Positions 28,601-34,743 of a DNA stretch of 64,000 nt are shown here, piece by piece. How positions within the stretch are numbered: position 1 is the first letter of the stretch; the number at the start of each line of letters is the position of its first letter. The stretch lies in NCBI GenBank assembly GCA_020437395.1, contig JAGQWJ010000007.1:15523-79522 (forward strand), given 5' to 3'. The position numbers were made by a program, and so were the translations under genes. This DNA comes from Ignavibacteriota bacterium (GTDB lineage: Bacteria; Bacteroidota; Ignavibacteria; Kapaibacteriales; UBA2268). The notes under the pieces were generated by a model. The model made no database searches. It saw only the letters and a program-made list of their open reading frames with translations, and was not told the DNA's origin.

Positions 28601-28822
28601 CAAGCCCAGTTTTTGATTCCAATGGCTATTTCAGTAGCTTATGGTTTATTAGTTGCATCAGTTTTCATATTATTGTTGTTACCTGTATTACTTATTTATT
28701 TGAGTAAAACTCGAAATGCTGCTTATTGGCTCAGAAACAACGAATGGTCGGAACCAGAGGCCTTGGAACCTGCTATAATAGAAGAAGAAATGATTAAAAA
28801 ATATCTGACAAGTGATGATTAA
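25637..28822 (+). CDS. RND superfamily efflux permease (AcrB/AcrD/AcrF family)
   Basis: About 1060 aa, 12 TM with two large periplasmic loops and conserved VGIVVDDGIVVGE and IGIIVNDSIVFV motifs. Confidence 0.93.
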   Translation: MKAFIRYFIKYPTWSNTILILVMLFGVLALLNMKSSFFPERESKNINISVVYPGASPEEIETGVIQKIEDNLKGVQGVDNYQSTSQENAGSITVEVLEEYDTDEVLIDVRNAVDRVNSFPAGMEPPVVSKRPAIEFTYSFAIFGNVDLATLKKTAQEVEDELREIPSISQVSISGFPATEINIALDEETMRRYQLTFPEVVNAVSAKNRDLSAGKIKTDNEELLIRYEGKNYYAKDLQNVVVRTNNDGSIVRLMDIAVVEERFAEDPQRSFVNGKPAVIIAVSKIYGENALDIADAAKEYQENFNGKYPNIEAALIDDATESLRGRIQLLLENGTIGALLVVLSLALFLNWRLAFWVAMSLPFSFLGMFLMAYLFDITINVISLFGCIVVVGIVVDDGIVVGEQIFQNYEEGQKSYRAAIRGTLQVLPSVTFAILTTVVAFMPFFFIDTPGPRISDMSFVVIFVLLFSLLEVVVILPTHLAHSRALKQDFVKSKIREKFDTLVNYPRNKIYKKVLAFSMKHRSIPIAISIFFFLITVGAFGGGIVKTTFFPSIDTDNFTIKIELPSGAREAQTMEVLNRVEKAIWEVGEELKESENKDESLVVRVVKNVAAMPSGWGQAEAGNANVGNIQVFLQSEEVRTIPALTIANMVREKVGPLTEVDKAEFGSTSFFGKPISIPLMGRDLSELQEAKKELKEALQSITELRDVTDNDPQGLREIQLELKEKAFILGFTPLDIARQIRQGYFGEEVMRLQRGADEIKVWVRFTEEYRSSLDNFDNMRIKDIQGNSYPLTELVNYKIDRGSIKINHLDGMREITVEADTKDPKAQVPKIIAEINEDILAPILAKYPTVKTTASGQAKRIEKLSAGLIILPLAFVLMFFLISLSFRSPLQALIVVSLIPFGLMGAVWGHIIQGMSFNVMSFYGTIALIGIIVNDSIVFVNSFNDNLKEGQKFYDAIYNAGITRFRPILLTTVTTVLGLFPLLMETSIQAQFLIPMAISVAYGLLVASVFILLLLPVLLIYLSKTRNAAYWLRNNEWSEPEALEPAIIEEEMIKKYLTSDD

Positions 28823-30107
28823 AAAAATAGTTTTCATATTGCTAATTCCTGTAATACTTATTTCGCAAACAGATTTATCGCTTCAACAAGCCGTAGAACG
28901 TACTTTGCAGAATAACTACAACATACTGATGGTTAAAAAGGATTTACAAATAGCTGACAACAACATTAGTTATGGCAATGCAGGTTTTTTACCCACTCTC
29001 GATGCTGCAGCCAGCTATCGCTTTTCTGCGGAAGATAGCGAAACGAAAACGAGTCAAGGTACATTCCCAGGAAATGACAACCAGGTTACAAATAGAAGTG
29101 CTTCTCTATCTATGGGTTGGACTTTGTTTGATGGTTTTGCTATGTTCGCTCGATATGATAAATTTGAAGAGCTGGAGAAATTGAACAAAATAGCTCTCCA
29201 ATTAGAGATAGAAACACGTTTGCAAGAGCTTTTTAATACTTATTACCAGATTAATATGCTCGACAAGAGTATAAAACTTCTTGAAGAAACTCTAAAATTC
29301 TCGCAAGATAGGTTGAATTTCCTAAATGCTTCTAACGAATATGGCGCAACTACTGGCACAGAAGTACTAAGAGCGGAAGTTGATTTTAACACTGATAATT
29401 CTAACTTAAAACGTCAAGAAGTACAAAAGAACGCTGCCTTAAATAGGTTAAAATATATCATGGGTGAAGTTAATGATACTCAGTATAATTTAACTTCTAA
29501 TTTAGATTTCTCGGATATTAGCGATTATAATTCTTTGAAAGAAATGGCTTTTGAAAGGAATAGCAATATTCAACAGGCAATGAAAAATAGAGAGATTTCG
29601 GAGTATGACGAGAAGATAATAGAAGCGGCTTATTATCCGAATATTCGATTAAATACGGGTTACAGCTACAGTGTACAAGAATCAGACAAAGGGTTTATCT
29701 TAGAAAGCTCTAACCAAGGTTACAACGCGACTCTAAGTGCTAGTTGGAACTTATTTAGCGGGTTTCAGACTAGGATAGCTGACCAAAACACCGAAATTTT
29801 ACAAGAGAAACAAGATTTATTCATCCAAAGCATTAGAGCTGTGATAGAAATGAATTTGATGACAAATTATCAATCATATTCAAATTTGAAAGAAATACTG
29901 GATCTTGAAATAAGGAATTTAGAGACAGCAAATGAGAACTTCGAACGTTCAAAAAGTATGTTCAAATACGGTACTATTAACTCGATTGACCTTCGCCAAT
30001 CGCAGATAAATTTGCTCGCTACCGAACAGCGAATAGTCAACCTAAAATACGAAATCAAAACCTTCGAGACTATGATACTAATGCTGAGTGGTCAGTTAGG
30101 TAGGTAA
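28815..30107 (+). CDS. TolC-family outer membrane efflux protein
   Basis: Signal peptide and a duplicated OEP repeat pattern. It overlaps the RND stop. Confidence 0.85.
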   Translation: MIKKIVFILLIPVILISQTDLSLQQAVERTLQNNYNILMVKKDLQIADNNISYGNAGFLPTLDAAASYRFSAEDSETKTSQGTFPGNDNQVTNRSASLSMGWTLFDGFAMFARYDKFEELEKLNKIALQLEIETRLQELFNTYYQINMLDKSIKLLEETLKFSQDRLNFLNASNEYGATTGTEVLRAEVDFNTDNSNLKRQEVQKNAALNRLKYIMGEVNDTQYNLTSNLDFSDISDYNSLKEMAFERNSNIQQAMKNREISEYDEKIIEAAYYPNIRLNTGYSYSVQESDKGFILESSNQGYNATLSASWNLFSGFQTRIADQNTEILQEKQDLFIQSIRAVIEMNLMTNYQSYSNLKEILDLEIRNLETANENFERSKSMFKYGTINSIDLRQSQINLLATEQRIVNLKYEIKTFETMILMLSGQLGR

Positions 30108-30301
30108 GGGTGAGGAACGTTATTACCAACCCAAAAAGAGACAACTTAGTCAATTAAAATAACTAGGTCTTCAGAATTTATAGTATATAATTTTATATTC
30201 TTCCAATTCGGATATAGCAGTTGAAAGTACATATTATCACCCGAATATATAATATTATAGTAGTGAATGAGTAATGTACAAATTCTGTGTATATCTTAGC
30301 T

Positions 30302-31327
30302 CTACTTCACCCTTATTAATATGATTTTGGTTGCGGTAGTTATGTCAGAATCAGTATTTCCTGCTGCGTATTTTGCTGATTTAACAGTAAGAGTACCACT
30401 TGTAGTAGTTCTGATAACTCCATTTAAAACATGTTCAGTAATTGAACCTATTATAGCATAGTTTTCTAATAAACCACTTGTATTAGAATTTCTATCTCTC
30501 ACTTCTATTAGAACTAAACTAGCTGTTCCACTATAGTCAAAATCAATATTAATATTGGAAGAACCACCTTTCCTTTCGGCGCCTATTAAACCCTTTACCA
30601 AGTAAACAGCATCAGCTGCTAATGTTGGCTGTGAGTCAGTGATATTTACATAAGTGGAAGATGTCAGAGTAATCAAAGATCCTAAACTAAGCTCTATCAC
30701 TTCTGGCAAGCTACTACCGCCACCACCGCCAGTTGTTTCCCAACTAAGGTTAGTTCCATCTGTTGATAGAAATTTACCACTGTTTCCTCCCTGTGAAGGC
30801 AGAGTGCTTTGCTTTGAGTCTAATTGGGTTTGAATGTTAGAGCTGGCTCCGTCTAATAGTTGAAACTCCGTATCTGAAATACTACCGTTAGCAATTTTGC
30901 TTGCATCTATACCACCAGTAGATGAGTTAATAGAGGTTACAACCGAATTACCAGCGGTTGCAGTGTTCTCTATCGACTTAGTTGATAGAGAAGATAGACT
31001 TCCAGATAGCTTTGTTCTTGGAGTTAGATTATTGCCACCTATGCTAATATTTAGCCATACTTGCTGTTCAGTGCTGATGTTGATAGCAGTGCTTTCACCC
31101 AAAGTGAGATTAAAAAAACCGTCTTCTGTAGTTACAGTTCTGGTCTCAGTCCAAAGCGAATTGCCATTAGTTGCGGCATCATAGATTGTAAATACAATCG
31201 TATAATTGCCATCTGATACAGGATTTCCACTATTGTCCTCCAATCTACCTTGGTAGTTCATCGTCTGGGGGATTTGTGCTAGTGTAATAATTGGCAATAG
31301 TATTAGTAAAAGAATGAATTTTTTCAT
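30302..31327 (-). CDS. Secreted tail-fibre-like modular protein (341 aa)
   Basis: Sec signal peptide. The N-terminal module is MNYQGRLEDNSGNPVSDGNYTIVFTIYDAATNGNSLWTE. GKFLSTDGTNLSWETTGGGGGSS forms the hinge, followed by a unique beta-rich C-terminal domain. Confidence 0.65.
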   Translation of the reverse strand: MKKFILLLILLPIITLAQIPQTMNYQGRLEDNSGNPVSDGNYTIVFTIYDAATNGNSLWTETRTVTTEDGFFNLTLGESTAINISTEQQVWLNISIGGNNLTPRTKLSGSLSSLSTKSIENTATAGNSVVTSINSSTGGIDASKIANGSISDTEFQLLDGASSNIQTQLDSKQSTLPSQGGNSGKFLSTDGTNLSWETTGGGGGSSLPEVIELSLGSLITLTSSTYVNITDSQPTLAADAVYLVKGLIGAERKGGSSNINIDFDYSGTASLVLIEVRDRNSNTSGLLENYAIIGSITEHVLNGVIRTTTSGTLTVKSAKYAAGNTDSDITTATKIILIRVK

Positions 31328-31336
31328 TTTGTTTTC

Positions 31337-32023
31337 CTACGCTTTCATTTTGAAATAAACAATTACAGGTATAGTTATGCCGAGTAATATCAGTGCCCAT
31401 TCGCTCAAAGTAGGAATAGGTGTTGTCTGAGTTAACTTAGGTATAGTACCATCAGTTTTGAAGTTGATAGATGCATTGTCGGAGCCATTCCAATTGAACG
31501 GAATTAGCAAGAATGTATAAGTCATACTTGGTTGTAATCCAGTAGCTGTTATCTTATCAGCCGTTTCATCTGTGAGAATAGATACCACTTTAGTCCCGTT
31601 GGATGAAGTGTACAAACTTGGGTAATTGCCATCGCTTATTATTATCTGTGGATCAGCGTTAGGTCTTGCTAATAAGACATAGCCCGCTGCGTTCGTTATA
31701 TCATTCGCAGGTTGTATATTGAACCTAATAGACCCTGCATCAAGGATAGTATCTAGAGTGAACGTATCTGAGTGTGATAGTGGTTCATCGCTAAGTTGAA
31801 CAACATCATTTTGAATATAATGGAAAATATAGCCTTCGCGGAGTAAATATTGGCTATTAGAACTTTTGTTGCCTATTGGCTGACCAACAACGTGGTAGAG
31901 AGTATTCGAGGAATTTGTTTGTTTACCCCCTCCAGCAGAAGTAGTATTCTTTTTTATCTGATACTGAGAAAAAAGAGGTGGTGCTATAAATAAAAGAAAT
32001 ATAATTAATCTGCTAAATTTCAT
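31337..32023 (-). CDS. Secreted protein with IPTL-CTERM sorting signal
   Basis: Signal peptide MKFSRLIIFLLFIAPPLFSQ and an Fn3-like middle (TGLQPSMTYTFLLIPFN). The C-terminus is PIPTLSEWALILLGITIPVIVYFKMKA (motif, TM, basic tail). The upstream 18 codons of the ORF are judged spurious. Confidence 0.75.
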   Translation of the reverse strand: MKFSRLIIFLLFIAPPLFSQYQIKKNTTSAGGGKQTNSSNTLYHVVGQPIGNKSSNSQYLLREGYIFHYIQNDVVQLSDEPLSHSDTFTLDTILDAGSIRFNIQPANDITNAAGYVLLARPNADPQIIISDGNYPSLYTSSNGTKVVSILTDETADKITATGLQPSMTYTFLLIPFNWNGSDNASINFKTDGTIPKLTQTTPIPTLSEWALILLGITIPVIVYFKMKA

Positions 32024-32126
32024 ATACCGCCTGTTATTAGTACAGATTAAATTAATAAATATTAACAAACAAGGCAAGAAAAAAAATTGTATTCGTTCTT
32101 TTTTTTCAGAATCTAGATTAGAAATA

Positions 32127-32160
32127 ATAAAAAAACCCCACGCCGTGATTGGTGTGGGGT
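32127..32160 (-). terminator. Rho-independent terminator after the 531-aa fibre gene
   Basis: CCCCAC-N11-GTGGGG with a T-run on the minus strand. Confidence 0.7.
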
Positions 32161-32188
32161 TACTAAAGTTTAAATCAATTTTTATTAA

Positions 32189-33784
32189 TTATTGGATAGT
32201 TAAAGGATAAGCTATTGTAGTAGGTAATCCTACCGCAGCATTAGTTGTTGCTGTTAACGCCCAACCGCTAGTACCACCAGTACTTGATGAACAACTACCA
32301 GAATTCTCAATTGATTGAGTACCTCCTGGAATAGCAACGCTTGTAGATACGCCATTTGCACTCGGATTAGCTAAAGTGTATAAAGTTGTATTACTACCAG
32401 AATATACTAAATAATTAGAATTTCTTTTCTGTCCTGAGGATCCACCATCATTTAGATATGGTGAACCTGTACATGATGCACCAGTCCACCATATTTGATC
32501 AGAATCAAATGGGAACCCATTTACTAGTTCTAATGTAATATCAACCACATAACCACCTGATGTAATTACAGTTACACTAGCTCGATTACTAAACCCAACT
32601 ATTGTACCTAATGTCACATTATTAGCATCTACTAGAACCTTTCCACTTCCACCACCGCCACCGCCAGCTGGAGCAGCCCACACAGCATCAGTACCACTAA
32701 CAGTTAATACGTGACCATTTGTTGCACCAGGAGAAATCTTAGCAGCCGTTACAGCTTTATCTTCAATTTTTGCAGTCGCAACAGCATTGTCTGCCAATTT
32801 GGCTTCAGTTACTGCGCCGTCATTAATTTTGTCTGTTGTTACTGCAGCATTGTTAATCTTTGCTGTTGTTACTGCAGAAGTTCCAATTTTAACATCAGTT
32901 ACTGCAGAAGAACCAATCTTATCTGTTGTTACGGCTCCAGTTGCTATTTTTCCAGTAGTAACAGCGTCATTGTTAATCTTTGTTGTCGTTACAGCACCAT
33001 CATTTATCTTAGCAGTTGCAACGGCATTGTCAGCTAAACTTAAAGGAGAACCTGTTGTTCCGTTTCCGTTGATTGTCGCGTCAGTATTAACTGCACTTTC
33101 AGCTACTACAACTTCGCCAGAAGCATTAACAGCAATATTACGTGTTCCTGCACCTGTTAAGTTGCCTAATGTTGTTACACCAGTTGCAGTTAATGTACCA
33201 GGAATAGTTACTCCACTTGAAGTTGCTGTCAACACATCTGTATTGTCAACTGTCATCTTTGCAGTACCACCGTTGTAACTCAGAGCCAATTCTGTGTTAC
33301 CTGCTTCTCCACTTGTAGGACCAATGTGCACTGTATTTCCTGTTACATATAGCTCACCCCATCTGTTATCATCTGTTCCAACGCTTCCCGCACCACTTTC
33401 AGAAGGAGATAAGTTACCTTCTATATCAAAAATCCCACCTTGACTTTGTGATAATAATAAATTATCAAGTCTGTATTGAGCAACAAGTGAAGCGCCAACA
33501 TATACATCAAGTATATGATAATTAGTAACTGTATTAGATGCAATAGCAGTCCACCCAGCACCAGATATGTTAGCTATAATTATACCTGATCCATTTGGAG
33601 TATAATTTGTTGCTGGCTGAGTGTAAAGTAGTGTGGCAGTACCACCTGTATAATTATTTAACCTGATTTCTACACTAACTGGTGCAGTACCAGTATTAAC
33701 TATTGCAACTTTGATGGGCTCTAACGCACTAGCAGTGCTGATAGAAAGCAAAGCTAAAGCAAGAAGTAAAAAGACTTTTTTCAT
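32189..33784 (-). CDS. Secreted tail-fibre-like modular protein, paralog A (531 aa)
   Basis: Signal peptide and an N-terminal ~170-aa module shared with 34744-36354. Next come ten 10-aa xxAVTxxKIx repeats, a GGGGGGSG hinge and a unique Cys-containing C-terminal domain. Confidence 0.7.
   Translation of the reverse strand: MKKVFLLLALALLSISTASALEPIKVAIVNTGTAPVSVEIRLNNYTGGTATLLYTQPATNYTPNGSGIIIANISGAGWTAIASNTVTNYHILDVYVGASLVAQYRLDNLLLSQSQGGIFDIEGNLSPSESGAGSVGTDDNRWGELYVTGNTVHIGPTSGEAGNTELALSYNGGTAKMTVDNTDVLTATSSGVTIPGTLTATGVTTLGNLTGAGTRNIAVNASGEVVVAESAVNTDATINGNGTTGSPLSLADNAVATAKINDGAVTTTKINNDAVTTGKIATGAVTTDKIGSSAVTDVKIGTSAVTTAKINNAAVTTDKINDGAVTEAKLADNAVATAKIEDKAVTAAKISPGATNGHVLTVSGTDAVWAAPAGGGGGGSGKVLVDANNVTLGTIVGFSNRASVTVITSGGYVVDITLELVNGFPFDSDQIWWTGASCTGSPYLNDGGSSGQKRNSNYLVYSGSNTTLYTLANPSANGVSTSVAIPGGTQSIENSGSCSSSTGGTSGWALTATTNAAVGLPTTIAYPLTIQ
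32735..33034 (-). repeat. Ten tandem 30-nt coding repeats (consensus peptide xxAVTTxKIx)
   Basis: Residues 251-350 of the 531-aa protein: ADNAVATAKI NDGAVTTTKI NNDAVTTGKI ... EDKAVTAAKI. Confidence 0.85.
33701..33784 (-). repeat. 84-nt block 100% identical to 36271-36354 (start codon plus signal peptide of the fibre paralogs)
   Basis: Read directly from the sequence. Identity falls to about 85% immediately downstream and disappears upstream of the ATG. Confidence 0.9.
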
Positions 33785-33832
33785 AAGGTCTTACCTTGAA
33801 TTAATTAATAGAATAAGAATTACATCAAAAGA

Positions 33833-33840
33833 CAAAAATA
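33833..33840 (-). promoter_or_regulatory. TATTTTTG -7 promoter motif for fibre paralog A
   Basis: TAnnTTTG match, 49 nt upstream of ATG 33784. Confidence 0.35.
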
Positions 33841-33884
33841 AACAATTTATTTGAATTGTAAGATGAACATTAACAAAATTTAAC

Positions 33885-33892
33885 TAATTTTG
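33885..33892 (+). promoter_or_regulatory. TAATTTTG -7 promoter motif for the trypsin-fold gene
   Basis: TAnnTTTG match, 40 nt upstream of ATG 33932. Confidence 0.35.
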
Positions 33893-33931
33893 TAAAATCA
33901 CAATAAATTTTAACCTAAAAATGGATAACAA

Positions 33932-34672
33932 ATGAAATACTTACTATTTTTTTTAGTAGCTTTTAATACAATATATTCAGTAAACAGTAAGGAATTTATT
34001 GATCAAGATAATATGGAACCAACAATAAAAAAGTCGGAATTAAATTTTGTTGGCTATGTAAAAGATGAAAAGAATATCAATTTAGGTTTGTGTTTTGCTA
34101 TAAATGAAAATACTGTTGTTACTAATGCGAGTTCGTTACAGACTAGAATATTAATTCCTGATACATTATTTGTAAATGGACAACAGATTATTTCTAAAAA
34201 GGAAATAGGAAGAAAATGGGTGGATAGTTCAAAATTAACTCTAACAATAGAAGGCACTACATATGATATAGAAAAAGTAATTCCTCATCCTGATTATAAT
34301 GAAAGTAACTCATATCTGCCTGATATAGCGATGATTATAACAAAAAAAAGTATAAGCTGCAATTATCCTCAGAGAAGTAGCTCATCAATAGTTAAGAATT
34401 TGTTTTGTGATGTAATAGGAAGTGAAAGTTCGATTTTCCACAGAAAAGTTAAAGTCAGTGAAACGTTTAATACAAAAAGTTATAACTACTGTAATGTATT
34501 ACTAGATACAAACGATTTAGGATCTGTTTTAGTAAAAGAATCTGAAAATGACGTTGTGATAATTGGTTTAATGCAAAAACATCAAACCGATGATAAGAAA
34601 GCGGTGTATTTAGATTTATTTGGTCTAGATGAATGGCTTAATTCTAATGCCGTTAGTCAAATTACAAAATAA
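33932..34672 (+). CDS. Secreted trypsin-fold (S1 family) pseudoprotease
   Basis: Signal peptide. CFAINENTVVTNASS aligns to ...TAAHC (His lost). HPDYNESNSYLPDIAMI retains Asp102. NDLGSVLV replaces GDSGGPL (Ser lost). Confidence 0.6.
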   Translation: MKYLLFFLVAFNTIYSVNSKEFIDQDNMEPTIKKSELNFVGYVKDEKNINLGLCFAINENTVVTNASSLQTRILIPDTLFVNGQQIISKKEIGRKWVDSSKLTLTIEGTTYDIEKVIPHPDYNESNSYLPDIAMIITKKSISCNYPQRSSSSIVKNLFCDVIGSESSIFHRKVKVSETFNTKSYNYCNVLLDTNDLGSVLVKESENDVVIIGLMQKHQTDDKKAVYLDLFGLDEWLNSNAVSQITK

Positions 34673-34673
34673 C

Positions 34674-34713
34674 AAAAAAACCCCCACTTATCTAAAAATC
34701 AGAAAAGTGGGGG
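34674..34713 (-). terminator. Rho-independent terminator after fibre paralog B
   Basis: CCCCCACTT-N15-AAGTGGGGG with a T7 run on the minus strand. Confidence 0.75.
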
Positions 34714-34743
34714 TGGTAAAATGCATAAGACTAAATATTTAAT

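Noticed and set aside
32024-32077. An upstream extension of the IPTL-CTERM protein ORF (MPCLLIFINLICTNNRRY).
   Set aside because: The internal Met at 32023 starts a canonical signal peptide (MKFSRLIIFLLFIAPPLFSQ). The extension would bury that peptide.
32735-33034. A possible CRISPR array, because of regularly spaced ~30-nt repeats.
   Set aside because: The units are contiguous, with no unique spacers. They are in frame within a long ORF and encode a regular decapeptide. There are no cas genes in the window.
32711-33278. Two long plus-strand ORFs (108 and 163 aa), rich in Cys/Ser or Val/Thr/Ala, opposite the fibre gene.
   Set aside because: They lie exactly over the 30-nt tandem coding repeats of the minus-strand gene. 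Their periodic low-complexity translation is a mirror artefact of those repeats, and they have no start context or homology.
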